The notes below the pieces were generated by a model. The model searched no databases and was not told where the DNA came from. It saw only the letters and a list, made by a program, of their open reading frames with translations. Shown here piece by piece: positions 29,210-38,875 of a stretch of 64,000 bases of DNA; within the stretch, counting starts at the first letter, position 1; the number at the start of each line of letters is the position of its first letter. The position numbers and the translations under genes are program-made. Source of the stretch: a virus. Taxonomy: Duplodnaviria; Caudoviricetes. The stretch lies in the IMG/VR virus record IMGVR_UViG_3300015214_000032, positions 6,280 to 70,279 of that record; one strand, given 5' to 3'.

Positions 29210-29245
29210 TTGACAACGGGGCCAGGATACCCTAGAACGGGTGCA
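29210..29245 (+). promoter_or_regulatory. Sigma70-type promoter
   Basis: TTGACA-N17-TAGAAC-N2-GTGCA, then AGACAGGAGA. Confidence 0.65.
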
Positions 29246-29264
29246 GAGACAGGAGAAAAGCCCA

Positions 29265-30800
29265 ATGCAACCTACCAATCAGCAAGTCGCCTTCCTCGAC
29301 GCCCTTGTCGACAGCACCGACAACCTCGCACTCGTTGCCCGTGCGGGCTGCGGTAAGACCAGCACCATCCTCCTGGGTGTCGATGCACTGGTCAAACGTC
29401 ATCCGAATATCGAGATCGGTATCTGCGCCTTCAACAAGGCGATTGCTGATGAGATCGGCACCAAGCTCAAGCAGCGCGGGCACACGAACTGGAAACAGGT
29501 CAGCGCGTCCACGCTCCATTCGCTGGGCTACGGTTTGATCAAGTGGATGTTCAAGCCGCGCATTGAGGACAGCAAGGTGCGCGACCTCATTCAAGCGCAT
29601 TGCCCTGAGGGTCGCAACTGGAACCAGGAACCGACGGTGTGGGAAAAGTACGGCACACAGATCGCGCATCTGGTGGGTGTTGCTAAGGGTGCCGGCGTTG
29701 GCTTCTTCAGCGACCTGCCAATCGAGTCTGCTCACATTTGGTATCAGCTTGCTGATCACTACGACATCAACGGGCTTGACGACATGCGGGAGATGCAGGA
29801 CGTCGTTCAAGCGGCACAGCAGATCTATGTCGAGTCGCTCAATCAGACGGACGTCATCGACTTCGATGACATGATCCTCTGGCCCCTCATCAAGAACCTG
29901 TCGACCAAGTTCGGCAAGGACGTCCTGTTCGTCGACGAGGCGCAGGACCTGTCCCGTGCCAAGCAAGCACTGGCGCGCAAGTTCGTCCGCGCGCGTACCG
30001 GGCGTATGGTTGTCGTAGGTGATGATCGGCAGGCCATCTACGGCTTCGCAGGAGCTGATGCCGCTGCCCTGCCCAATCTGATCCAGATGCTGCATGCACG
30101 CGTCATGCCGCTGACCGTCACGTGGCGTTGCCCCAAGAGCGTGGTCAAGCTCGCCCAGGGTCTCGTTCCCGATATCGAGTACGCGCCCACTGCTGCGGAG
30201 GGCTCGGTGTCGATGGTGACTGCTCTGCCCGATCTCAAGACGACCGACGCCATCCTGTGCCGGAACACTGCGCCGCTCATCAGCATCGCCTATTCGCTCA
30301 TCCGCAAGGGTGTCCCCTGCAAGGTCGAGGGGCGCGCCATTGGCGACGGCATGATCAAGCTCGCACAACGCTGGAAGGTCGCGGACATCGACGGGCTGCT
30401 CGAGCGGTTGGAGCAGTACCGGGAACGCGAAGTGCAGAAGGCGCAAGCCAAGGGCAACGAGGCAAAGGTCGATGAGGTGAATGACCGCGTCGATACGCTG
30501 GTCGAGATCTGCAATGCATGCATTTTGCAGGGTCAGCAGTCGATCCAGGACGTGGTGAATTTCATCAACAGGCTGTTCGCAGACAGCGCCAAGGGCGTTG
30601 TGACGCTCGCGACGTACCATCGGTCCAAGGGCCGGGAATGGCCCCGCGTGTTCCTCTGGGAGCATTATCAGCGTTGCCCGGCGCGAGGCGCCCGGCAGCC
30701 CTGGCAGATCCAGCAAGAGAACAATCTTGCCTATGTTGCGTGGACGCGCGCCCAGGAGCAGCTGGTGTTCATCGATCCGAGCTATGAAGGGGAGGATTGA
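29265..30800 (+). CDS. UvrD/Rep-like SF1 helicase (I)
   Basis: ARAGCGKT, FVDEAQD, VGDDRQAIYGFAGA, T-x-H-x-SKG-x-EW, YVA-x-TRA. Confidence 0.92.
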   Translation: MQPTNQQVAFLDALVDSTDNLALVARAGCGKTSTILLGVDALVKRHPNIEIGICAFNKAIADEIGTKLKQRGHTNWKQVSASTLHSLGYGLIKWMFKPRIEDSKVRDLIQAHCPEGRNWNQEPTVWEKYGTQIAHLVGVAKGAGVGFFSDLPIESAHIWYQLADHYDINGLDDMREMQDVVQAAQQIYVESLNQTDVIDFDDMILWPLIKNLSTKFGKDVLFVDEAQDLSRAKQALARKFVRARTGRMVVVGDDRQAIYGFAGADAAALPNLIQMLHARVMPLTVTWRCPKSVVKLAQGLVPDIEYAPTAAEGSVSMVTALPDLKTTDAILCRNTAPLISIAYSLIRKGVPCKVEGRAIGDGMIKLAQRWKVADIDGLLERLEQYREREVQKAQAKGNEAKVDEVNDRVDTLVEICNACILQGQQSIQDVVNFINRLFADSAKGVVTLATYHRSKGREWPRVFLWEHYQRCPARGARQPWQIQQENNLAYVAWTRAQEQLVFIDPSYEGED

Positions 30801-31106
30801 ATGCTCAACATTTCCCAGATGACCCGGGAGCAGAAGGTTATGCTCATCCGCGCCGCTGCATCCTACCGAAGCGGGGAAGACCGAGTCAACACCGTGTACA
30901 TGGGCAGCCTAGCAACAGCCAAGTTGCACCAGCTGCTTGGCGGTTCATATGTGTACGACTCGCTGACCGGCCTGCTTGCGAAAGCGTCAAGCGATCAGCT
31001 TGACGATGCACTGCTCCACTGTGAACGGTACATCATTCACATGCAAGAGCACCCGACGGAACGTTGCCCGTGCTGTGGGCAGATTCGACCGAAGGAAGGG
31101 GTCTGA
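30801..31106 (+). CDS. Hypothetical protein
   Basis: GGAGG RBS; C-terminal CPCC. Confidence 0.6.
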   Translation: MLNISQMTREQKVMLIRAAASYRSGEDRVNTVYMGSLATAKLHQLLGGSYVYDSLTGLLAKASSDQLDDALLHCERYIIHMQEHPTERCPCCGQIRPKEGV

Positions 31107-31107
31107 A

Positions 31108-31530
31108 ATGGTTATGGATATGGAGCATGCGTCGACACCCGCAACGCGCGTGATTGAAACGATGCGAAGAATAGCATATCGACTTCGAAAGGGTTTACCC
31201 CTCAAGGAGGATATGGATCAACCCGCATGGTTCGAACATGCAGCGGCCGAATTTGAACGTATCAATAAGGAGATGCAACGTCGACACTACATGGGCCATG
31301 CGGGGGCTTATACAGGCCTTGTTGACAGGAATGGGGATTCGATCTACATCGGGGACACATTGCGCTTCGACCCGCAGGAATGGGGTGGGGAATGCGTGTT
31401 TCAGCTCACTTTTCAACAGGGGCAGCTACAGCACCCGGGCACAATCGAGGACCTGACTGAATTTTGCGAACTCGTGGAACCACGAGGTGCACCCATGGAG
31501 CCAACAGTAGAAGCAGGGGGTCTGACATGA
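31108..31530 (+). CDS. YopX-like protein
   Basis: YTGLVDRNG-x-x-IY-x-GD motif. Confidence 0.7.
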   Translation: MVMDMEHASTPATRVIETMRRIAYRLRKGLPLKEDMDQPAWFEHAAAEFERINKEMQRRHYMGHAGAYTGLVDRNGDSIYIGDTLRFDPQEWGGECVFQLTFQQGQLQHPGTIEDLTEFCELVEPRGAPMEPTVEAGGLT

Positions 31531-31871
31531 TAGACTATGACCAAATCGCCCGCGCCACCGGCGTAGCACGCAACGACGTCAAGAAAGTGCTGCATGCGGC
31601 GGGGTTCTGTACGGCCGACGAGCGCGATCTGCAGGAGGAGAACAAGCATCTCCGCGCACGCTTGTTCCCGTATGCGGATGAGCCCAGCACGCTCTGCGGT
31701 CGCTCCTGGAACGGGTTCTATCTGATTGCTGATGAGAAAAGCATCAAGGAGGTCGAGCGTCTCGAGTTCCAGGCGTCTGTGACAGAGGCGCTTCGTCAGC
31801 GTGTATCCGGTCTTCAGTATCAGATCGAAACTGCGATAGGAGTGCTCAATGGCAGTTCGAATTTGCCCTAA
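31527..31871 (+). CDS. Hypothetical protein
   Basis: Coupled ORF. Confidence 0.55.
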   Translation: MIDYDQIARATGVARNDVKKVLHAAGFCTADERDLQEENKHLRARLFPYADEPSTLCGRSWNGFYLIADEKSIKEVERLEFQASVTEALRQRVSGLQYQIETAIGVLNGSSNLP

Positions 31872-32064
31872 GTGCGGTTCTGCGAGTGTTCGTGCGCTCG
31901 AACAGGGCGGACCCATGTGGAAATGCGGCAGGTGCAACTATACCGCCAAGGGTCGTTCCTTCCTGGGCAATGGTCCGGATCCCCGATGGGGTAAGGACGA
32001 TTTCCAAGACATTGGCAAGGGCGCGCGTAGGCGCGATGCTCATATCGACGAGGACGAACAATGA
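31849..32064 (+). CDS. Zinc-ribbon protein
   Basis: CPKC...WKCGRC. Confidence 0.6.
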   Translation: MAVRICPKCGSASVRALEQGGPMWKCGRCNYTAKGRSFLGNGPDPRWGKDDFQDIGKGARRRDAHIDEDEQ

Positions 32065-32468
32065 AGCTGCATACGATGAACCTGGGCGGGAACCTGCACA
32101 TCGCATCACGATACCTCAACAAGCACGGTCTCGCCAAGTATGTGGTGTCAATGGACTGCTTGACGGGGAGCAATGTGATCGTCGTTCTGCGTGCCAGCGC
32201 CGCGCAAGTCAACAAGTGGCGCGAGGAGCAGAACCACATGCCCGAAACCATCCACGAGGATGACCCGCCCAAGACGAAGAAGCAGAAGGAACGTGCATCG
32301 CCCGCGCCCAAGGATGGCGCTGATGCGTTCCTTCAAGGGTGGGGGCCGGAGAGCAACCCGTGGAGCTCCACGATGCACCCTGTCGAGTACAAGCGGTGGC
32401 TGTACCAGTGGTACAGGGAAGACTTCATCGCGTTCAGTGATCATGTTGGCATCGAGGATCCCCTGTGA
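32061..32468 (+). CDS. Hypothetical protein
   Basis: ATGA coupling. Confidence 0.55.
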   Translation: MKLHTMNLGGNLHIASRYLNKHGLAKYVVSMDCLTGSNVIVVLRASAAQVNKWREEQNHMPETIHEDDPPKTKKQKERASPAPKDGADAFLQGWGPESNPWSSTMHPVEYKRWLYQWYREDFIAFSDHVGIEDPL

Positions 32469-32731
32469 CTGCACGGCGCCTCAAAACGTTCAAGGATGCA
32501 CCAACGCCCTACGTTGAGACGCCCCAATGCAGCCACAACGTGTCGGTGCAGAACTCCCGCGAAGCACGATGGCGGCGTGATCGTTATGGGCTGAACGACG
32601 ACAACCTCTTTAGATGCACACGCCCTTCGGTGGTGGAGATACAGGGGAAGCCCTATTGCCGATTGCACGGCGGGCATGTAGCTCTGGACATGCTCCTCGC
32701 GGGGAAGCTGATTGAGATATCTGATGACTGA
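32465..32731 (+). CDS. Hypothetical Cys/His protein
   Basis: QC...RC...YC-x-x-H pattern. Confidence 0.55.
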   Translation: MTARRLKTFKDAPTPYVETPQCSHNVSVQNSREARWRRDRYGLNDDNLFRCTRPSVVEIQGKPYCRLHGGHVALDMLLAGKLIEISDD

Positions 32732-33095
32732 CACAGCGTATCGATACGAGGACAAGCTGTACAGCATCGCTGATGAGTACGGCGAGCACATGTACTCGAG
32801 AACGGATGTGATACTGCTCAAGTTCGATATTCTTCGACGAACGCCGTGCGGGATTTGGATCCGAGAATATTTCCGGGACCGATTCATCAATCAGAAGCGA
32901 ACGAAGCAGTTCGCACATGAAACTTTGGAAGAGGCGATGAAATCGTTCATCGCTCGCAAGGAAAAGCAAGCCAGCATCTATCGCGCTCGTGCTGATGCTG
33001 CGCTATATGCGGTCAAGCTTGCTCGTTCCCGTCACGCTGACGTGTATCGCGTCGCTTACCCTATTTCGAATCCCGAGCATGAAGGATTACCATGA
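32724..33095 (+). CDS. Hypothetical protein
   Basis: Coupled ORF; RTP-x-G-x-W...KQFAHET pattern. Confidence 0.6.
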   Translation: MTDTAYRYEDKLYSIADEYGEHMYSRTDVILLKFDILRRTPCGIWIREYFRDRFINQKRTKQFAHETLEEAMKSFIARKEKQASIYRARADAALYAVKLARSRHADVYRVAYPISNPEHEGLP

Positions 33096-33316
33096 CACCT
33101 GACGTAAAGATTTTCATTCGCGGGCTGGAGAGTGATCTCACCTACAACGTCATCAAGGACAAGAAGCTGTTCCTCTATTGGAAGATGGCAAACGACCCAT
33201 TCATGCGCTTTACCAGGGAGGGCGGGGAATGGGTCCTCGAGTCGACTGGTAACAGGTTCAGAACGCTGAAAGGAGCCATCCTGTACGGTCAGCGGTGGGC
33301 AAAGCTGCATCTGTGA
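33092..33316 (+). CDS. Hypothetical protein
   Basis: ATGA coupling. Confidence 0.55.
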   Translation: MTPDVKIFIRGLESDLTYNVIKDKKLFLYWKMANDPFMRFTREGGEWVLESTGNRFRTLKGAILYGQRWAKLHL

Positions 33317-33323
33317 ATAGCGC

Positions 33324-33351
33324 TTGTGGTTCGCATGCGCGCTGCTATGCT
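33324..33351 (+). promoter_or_regulatory. Putative sigma70 promoter
   Basis: TTGTGG-N16-TATGCT in intergenic gap before AGACAGGATG. Confidence 0.45.
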
Positions 33352-33379
33352 TTTCGCGCAATACGAGACAGGATGAGTC

Positions 33380-33763
33380 ATGCAAGAGAGCACTGTTTAC
33401 CTGGTACAAATACCCCCCGTCACGCGCAAAAATGACGGGAGTCTCCTTACCAAGGACCTGTCCAGCGCTCAGCGTTACGGCAAGATCCATCCCCTTCTCC
33501 AGCGGGGCGAGCAACCCAGCCTCACGCCGGGACCCGTGCTGCACCTCTTCCTTCGGGAAATGAAGAATTTCGATCCCACGATCGATTCCCTGTGCTTTGC
33601 GGGTGGCGATCCGATGGGCCTTGCACTTGCGCTCGTCGCGCTCAAGGAAATGAACTTCAAGGAAGTTACCGTGCTCCGATGGGAGCGAGAGCGTGCAACG
33701 GATGGGCGCCGTGACGCGAGTGGTGGCTTCTATGTACCCGTGCTGACACCACTTCGACTGTAG
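33380..33763 (+). CDS. Conserved-type hypothetical phage protein
   Basis: S-x-A-x-RYG...GDP...L-x-WER...Y-x-PV pattern. Confidence 0.65.
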   Translation: MQESTVYLVQIPPVTRKNDGSLLTKDLSSAQRYGKIHPLLQRGEQPSLTPGPVLHLFLREMKNFDPTIDSLCFAGGDPMGLALALVALKEMNFKEVTVLRWERERATDGRRDASGGFYVPVLTPLRL

Positions 33764-33776
33764 ACAGGAGAACAGG

Positions 33777-34325
33777 ATGAGTATCGACAAGCTTTGGGAA
33801 GACTCTCAAGTCACCACTGCGAGCTCGGAGCAGCTCCAGGACATCGGCTTCCTCGCTGATAAAGCAATCAGCATCAAGGAGGAGATGACGGCTCTGGAGG
33901 AAATGCTCAAGAAGCTGGGCGAGCAGTACAGGCAGATCACGGAGAAGGATCTGCCGGAGGCTATGGACGCCGTCAACCACGCGGAGTTCAAGACCAAGGA
34001 CGGGCGCAAGGTAACGGTGAAGGACGACGTGCAGGCGTCCATCAGCAAGGACAATCGTCCCGCCGCGCACACGTGGTTACGTGAGCATAACCACGAGGAG
34101 CTCATCAAGAATCAGATCACCGTTCCGCTGGGCAAGGGGCTGGACAACGTCGCCACTGAAATCATCAGTGAGCTCAAGGAACGATACGGAATCGAAGCGT
34201 CGCGTGAGGAAAGCGTGCATGCTTCGACGCTCAAGGCTTTTTGCCGCGAGCAGTTGGCAGCCGGCGTTGAGCTGCCAGCGGGCCTGTTGGGCCTCTATGT
34301 TCGGCGTGTCGCTGTGATCAAGTAG
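33777..34325 (+). CDS. Replication-module protein (coiled coil plus VH-x-STLKAF motif)
   Basis: AGACAGGAGA RBS; typically adjacent to SSB in phage replication modules. Confidence 0.65.
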   Translation: MSIDKLWEDSQVTTASSEQLQDIGFLADKAISIKEEMTALEEMLKKLGEQYRQITEKDLPEAMDAVNHAEFKTKDGRKVTVKDDVQASISKDNRPAAHTWLREHNHEELIKNQITVPLGKGLDNVATEIISELKERYGIEASREESVHASTLKAFCREQLAAGVELPAGLLGLYVRRVAVIK

Positions 34326-34385
34326 GGTCCATACCTACCACAGTGAGAACCAAAGTCAATCGTTGATCAAACAAGGAACGAAGCA

Positions 34386-35219
34386 ATGAGCAAGAAAGAA
34401 GTCGCCAAGGCGGGAAACACGCTTCCTGCGGAATTCATGCAGCAGGTCGCCTTGGACGCGGGAATGGGCGGGCAGCACGCCACCAGCGAGGACATGACGA
34501 TCCCGTTTATCAAGGTGGCGCAGGCGCTGAGCCCCGAGGTGGACGAGCGGGATGCCGCGTACATCGACGGCCTCAAGCAGGGCATGTTCTTCAACACGGC
34601 GACCCAGAACACGTACGACGGCCTCAAGGGCTTCCTCGCGATCCCCGTGCTCTACGTGCGCGAGTACCTGGAGTGGACGCCCCGCGATGCGGGCGGCGGC
34701 TTCAACGGCAAGCATGGTCCCGAGATCATGGACAAGGTCAAGACGGATGACAGGGGCGGCGCGTTCCTGCCCAACGGCAACGAGATCGTTACCACGGGCA
34801 CGTGGTACTTCCTTGTCTATGACGAGGAGACGAAGACGATCGACCAGGCCGTGGTGTCCCTTTCCAAGACCCAGTTCAAGAAGAGCCGGCAGCTGGTGAC
34901 CAAGCTCAAGACGATCCAGCTCAAGGGTCCGAACAACAAGACGTTCAACCCGCCGTTCTTCTACAACGTGCTCCGCGTTACCACGGTGCCGGAAAGCAAC
35001 GACCAGGGCAAGTGGTTCGGATGGAAGTTCGATCTCGCGGGCAACGTGTTCGACATCGACCCGTCGGGCGAGCTCTACGATCAAGCCAAGGTGCTGCTCG
35101 AAGCCGTCAACAGCGGCGAAGTCAAGGCCGCAACTCCGGGCTCGCAGGCGGATGAGCCCGCGGGCAATGGGCAGACGATCGATAACGGCGTCGGCAGCGA
35201 CGAGGAAATGCCCTTCTAA
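34386..35219 (+). CDS. Putative single-stranded DNA-binding protein
   Basis: Strong codon bias, IPFIK-x-x-Q-x-x-SP motif, N-x-x-G-x-W-x-G, and acidic tail ending DEEMPF. Confidence 0.7.
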   Translation: MSKKEVAKAGNTLPAEFMQQVALDAGMGGQHATSEDMTIPFIKVAQALSPEVDERDAAYIDGLKQGMFFNTATQNTYDGLKGFLAIPVLYVREYLEWTPRDAGGGFNGKHGPEIMDKVKTDDRGGAFLPNGNEIVTTGTWYFLVYDEETKTIDQAVVSLSKTQFKKSRQLVTKLKTIQLKGPNNKTFNPPFFYNVLRVTTVPESNDQGKWFGWKFDLAGNVFDIDPSGELYDQAKVLLEAVNSGEVKAATPGSQADEPAGNGQTIDNGVGSDEEMPF

Positions 35220-35235
35220 GCCCCTATCGTCGGCG

Positions 35236-35264
35236 TACACGGGCTGCCTTGCGCAGCCCGTGTA
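35236..35264 (+). terminator. 12-bp stem-loop after SSB gene
   Basis: TACACGGGCTGC-CTTGC-GCAGCCCGTGTA. Confidence 0.55.
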
Positions 35265-35307
35265 ACGTTGCACAATACGCGCGCACGCTAAGGCAGGGGC
35301 TTACCTC

Positions 35308-36858
35308 ATGGAAATGCGAGAACTGTTCGAAGGGTACGAATTCGCCCATGGGAGCTATGTGGTTCGGGGCGCGAACGATCGTGGTAAGATGGAAGGAAAA
35401 GCGCTAACCCTGAAGGGCGGCGCAACCGAACAGGACTGGCATGCGCATCTGTCCGGCACGGGCCCAGGACTTGGCATCGTTCCTCTTCTGTCTGATGACA
35501 CTGTCGTATGGGGCTGCATCGATATCGACGTCATCGGGATCGACCTCAAGGAGTTGGAAGTCAAATGCCGTAAGTTCAGTTTCCCCCTCGTTATATGCCG
35601 ATCCAAGTCAGGGGGCGCACATGCATACCTCTTCTTCTCCGAACGCGTCCCTGCCGTCAAGGCTATCAACGCACTGACCACATGGGCATCGGTACTCGGC
35701 TACGGGGGATGCGAAGTGTTCCCGAAGCAGAGCACACGGTACAACGAGGAGGACATCGGCAACTGGCTCAACATGCCATACTTCTATGCCGATCGAACCA
35801 ATCGATACTGTCTGCATGAGGGGGAGGAGCTGGGCTTGGACCAGTTCCTTGAGTTCGCTTACAGCATGCGACAGACTGAAGATTTCCTGGACAACCTACC
35901 GCAGGGCGACAAGCTTGAGGGCAAGGACCTCAATGAAGGGTTGTTCGAGGAAGGGCCCCCGTGCTTGCAGATCATTCATGCACAAGGGGGCTTGCCCGAC
36001 GGGACGCGGAACGAGGGCATGTACAACGTCGCCGTGTACCTGCGAAAACGATTTCCTGACAAGTGGAAGGATCACCTGCAAGAGTACAATCTTGCCATGT
36101 GCGATCCGCCCCTGTCACTGAGCGACATTAACACCATCGCCAAGAGCGTGGACAAGAAGGCGTACGATTATCGATGCCGAAAGCCCCCTATCCAGGCGCA
36201 CTGCAATCGCAAGCTGTGCTATAAGCGTGAATGTGGTGTGGGCGAGGGTGCCAACTCACCTGGACGACCCGAAGTTCTAGAGATGAAGAAAATCATTGGG
36301 GACCCGACGATCGTCTATGTCACGATCAATGGGACGCGGGTCAAGTTCCAGCATGATGAGTTCATCACGCAAAGCGCGTTCCAGCGCAAGGTTCACGAAG
36401 CAGTGAACATCATGCCGCCAACCCTTCCAGGAGACAGGTGGGTGCGCTTCATCAACGATATCTCGCAGAACGCTGAGGTCGAGGAGGCGCCGCGCGACGT
36501 GACGGAGGCAGGGCACTTTGAAACACTGTTCTTCGCGTACGTGACGGGACTAGCCAAGAACCAGACAGTAGAAACATTCGTGACGAGCATGTATCCGCTG
36601 CGCACGGATGACGGGGAAATATGGTTCCGCTACGATGGGCTTGTCAAGTTTCTGGGCCAGCAGAACTACAAGATCAAGAGCAATACGGGGATTGCCGAGC
36701 TTCTGAAATCTGATCCGATCAACGCTGCGCCGGGCACCACTGAAGTGAAGGGCAAGCGCCATCGCATCTGGAGAATGAAGGCGCCATCCCACATTGATAT
36801 CGACACGCGCGCTGTGAAGATCAACGTCGAGGAAGATTTCGACATCACAGCATTCTAG
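35308..36858 (+). CDS. AEP-superfamily primase/replication protein with PriCT-like domain
   Basis: IDID (motif I), SKSGGAH (motif II), G-x-RN...Y-x-C C-terminal region. Confidence 0.85.
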   Translation: MEMRELFEGYEFAHGSYVVRGANDRGKMEGKALTLKGGATEQDWHAHLSGTGPGLGIVPLLSDDTVVWGCIDIDVIGIDLKELEVKCRKFSFPLVICRSKSGGAHAYLFFSERVPAVKAINALTTWASVLGYGGCEVFPKQSTRYNEEDIGNWLNMPYFYADRTNRYCLHEGEELGLDQFLEFAYSMRQTEDFLDNLPQGDKLEGKDLNEGLFEEGPPCLQIIHAQGGLPDGTRNEGMYNVAVYLRKRFPDKWKDHLQEYNLAMCDPPLSLSDINTIAKSVDKKAYDYRCRKPPIQAHCNRKLCYKRECGVGEGANSPGRPEVLEMKKIIGDPTIVYVTINGTRVKFQHDEFITQSAFQRKVHEAVNIMPPTLPGDRWVRFINDISQNAEVEEAPRDVTEAGHFETLFFAYVTGLAKNQTVETFVTSMYPLRTDDGEIWFRYDGLVKFLGQQNYKIKSNTGIAELLKSDPINAAPGTTEVKGKRHRIWRMKAPSHIDIDTRAVKINVEEDFDITAF

Positions 36859-36871
36859 ACAGGAGAGAATC

Positions 36872-37561
36872 GTGCGTAACGTGAAGTGGAAAGAGTTCGA
36901 GCTTGAGCTCCAGGAGCTGATCAAGAAACACGAGATCGACAGGTGGTGTCTGACGACTGATTTCCAGCTCGCGTCGCACCTCAAGAATACGCTCACTCAC
37001 ACCATCTACTTTATTCAGAACCGAGAGGAGTGGCACGGGCGCTCCCTGCCCTATCGCATGGACGATGGGTATCGATGGTACGCAGGCAATAACGACGAAG
37101 TGTTCCAAGTGGGCCCATGCGAGTCGAGGCAGGAAGCGTTCGATGAAGCGAAGGGCATGGACTGGGAAATTATCTACCTCGTCAACGCGACGAAAGTGGA
37201 AATGACCGCGCCCATGCTGGATGATTTCGCGGAGCGTATCCTCGAGGACGTGATCGAGTCCAATATGGAAGCGTGGGGTGAGGATGGGTGCGATGACGGC
37301 TGGACGCTTGAACAGCATGCGCAGCTCGCGGGCATGCTTCGTCAGGTGCTCGCTACGTTCCTTGAACGTAATCCCCTCAAGACGTGGACGTTCGCTCATC
37401 AGCGTTGGGCGGAGACGTGGGTTATTACGGATGAGTCCAAGGCCGAAATCAACGCCGCGTGGGAACAGTACACGGATGCGTTTAGGACGGATTCCGCAAC
37501 GGCGAAGTTGCCCGAGCGCATCGTCGCCAAGTATGAGAAGGTGAAGAAAGATGGCCAGTAA
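36872..37561 (+). CDS. Hypothetical protein
   Basis: AGACAGGAGA RBS, GTG start. Confidence 0.6.
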   Translation: MRNVKWKEFELELQELIKKHEIDRWCLTTDFQLASHLKNTLTHTIYFIQNREEWHGRSLPYRMDDGYRWYAGNNDEVFQVGPCESRQEAFDEAKGMDWEIIYLVNATKVEMTAPMLDDFAERILEDVIESNMEAWGEDGCDDGWTLEQHAQLAGMLRQVLATFLERNPLKTWTFAHQRWAETWVITDESKAEINAAWEQYTDAFRTDSATAKLPERIVAKYEKVKKDGQ

Positions 37562-37718
37562 GCTTTCGATCGAGGAATACGCGCACCAGTCTACCAACCT
37601 GTGCAACCAGGACCGGTACCTCCTGTCCGTTGCCATCAGCCTCAAGCGCATCGCGGACATGATGGAGGTCATCCTCAAGAAGGCCGAGCAAGAGGATAAG
37701 CGCGATGGGATGGGGTGA
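37551..37718 (+). CDS. Hypothetical 55-aa protein
   Basis: MASKLSIEEY...SLKRIAD...; not in the ORF track; fills gap with overlaps at both ends. Confidence 0.55.
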   Translation: MASKLSIEEYAHQSTNLCNQDRYLLSVAISLKRIADMMEVILKKAEQEDKRDGMG

Positions 37719-37947
37719 TTGGGACTTAGGTTCTGACGAGCACACCAGTAAGCAGACACCCGATTCACAAGTCGAGGTCGAGTGCTACTATGTGCACGAA
37801 ACGGCCAACGCACTCTGCGTGACGGACGATCTTGATGGCGGCGAGGACATGTGGTTCCCGAAAGCTGCTATCGCATTCGAGCGCAAGGGTACCAAAGTCA
37901 CGCTATGGGCGCCGGAGAAGCTGCTCCTGGACAGGGGACTGATCTGA
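37705..37947 (+). CDS. Hypothetical protein
   Basis: ET-x-x-A...W-x-PK-x-x-I pattern common in phage small proteins. Confidence 0.6.
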   Translation: MGWGDWDLGSDEHTSKQTPDSQVEVECYYVHETANALCVTDDLDGGEDMWFPKAAIAFERKGTKVTLWAPEKLLLDRGLI

Positions 37948-38597
37948 TGGCTGAAGCTGGTGCAACGATGAACGACGACGGCACCTGGTGGGTGCCCATG
38001 CCCTCCGGCATTCGGTTTCAGCCGGAGAGCCCAAATCCGGAACACGTTTTGATAACAGACATCGCACGCAAGCTTGCCCAGCAGTGCCGCTATGGGGGCG
38101 GCACAGTCGACTTCTACAGCGTGGCGGAGCATTGCGTGCACATGTCTTACATCACGCCTACAGCCAACGAGCTGGAGGGCTACGCCGAAGATTTCGCGCT
38201 TGAGTCCTCTTGGGAAGCGATCCGTCACTTCCAGAGGGAAGCGCTGATGCATGATCGAGCGGAATGGGCACTTCAGGATTTCATCCGTCCGTTGAAGCGC
38301 AAGGCGGGGTCGTGGTACTTTGCGCTTGAGCAGCACCTGGAAGTGGTCAGCGCTCGAAAGTTCAACTTGGAGTACCATCCGCCCCTGCTGGTCATGCAGT
38401 ATGACAATCGAATATGCCAGGATGAGAAACTTCAGGCGCTCACTTACTCCCTGGACGAAGTGATGTCACGTTTCGATTCGGTGCCGGCCATTGGTATTGA
38501 GATCAAGTTCTGGAAGCCCAGGAAGGCTGAGCGCAAGTTCCTGAAACGCTTCTTTGAGCTGTTCCCTGAAGCAGATGAGAAAGGATGGATGCCATGA
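37947..38597 (+). CDS. HD-domain phosphohydrolase (YfbR-like 5'-deoxynucleotidase)
   Basis: I-x-DIA-x-x-LA-x-x-CRY-x-G...YSVAEH...ALMHD-x-x-E...D-x-x-RPLK. Confidence 0.85.
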   Translation: MAEAGATMNDDGTWWVPMPSGIRFQPESPNPEHVLITDIARKLAQQCRYGGGTVDFYSVAEHCVHMSYITPTANELEGYAEDFALESSWEAIRHFQREALMHDRAEWALQDFIRPLKRKAGSWYFALEQHLEVVSARKFNLEYHPPLLVMQYDNRICQDEKLQALTYSLDEVMSRFDSVPAIGIEIKFWKPRKAERKFLKRFFELFPEADEKGWMP

Positions 38598-38866
38598 GCA
38601 GAAGCGAAAAGACCAAGTTATGGGAGAACTTCAGCAATCACGTGATTGCCCACATCGAGGAGTATGTCGTCCCTCAGTATGGCGACGAGGGCGATGATCC
38701 TGCGGCGACGTATTCGTTCGAAGACTGCATCAAGCAGGCGCAGCGCTACTTGGCGCGAGCCATGACCAACGCACGTCCGGAGGGCCTTGAACGCGACATG
38801 CGCAAGGTGGCTCACTGGACCCAGATGGCGTGGGATCGAATCCCGAAAGTCACCATTACCACCTAA
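38594..38866 (+). CDS. Hypothetical protein
   Basis: ATGA-coupled between HD and thyX. Confidence 0.6.
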   Translation: MSRSEKTKLWENFSNHVIAHIEEYVVPQYGDEGDDPAATYSFEDCIKQAQRYLARAMTNARPEGLERDMRKVAHWTQMAWDRIPKVTITT

Positions 38867-38875
38867 GGAGTGATC

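Noticed and set aside
37947-38597. HD hydrolase as DatZ of a 2-aminoadenine (Z) genome
   Set aside because: No PurZ (adenylosuccinate-synthetase-like) gene is in the window; a generic YfbR-like nucleotidase is the simpler call.
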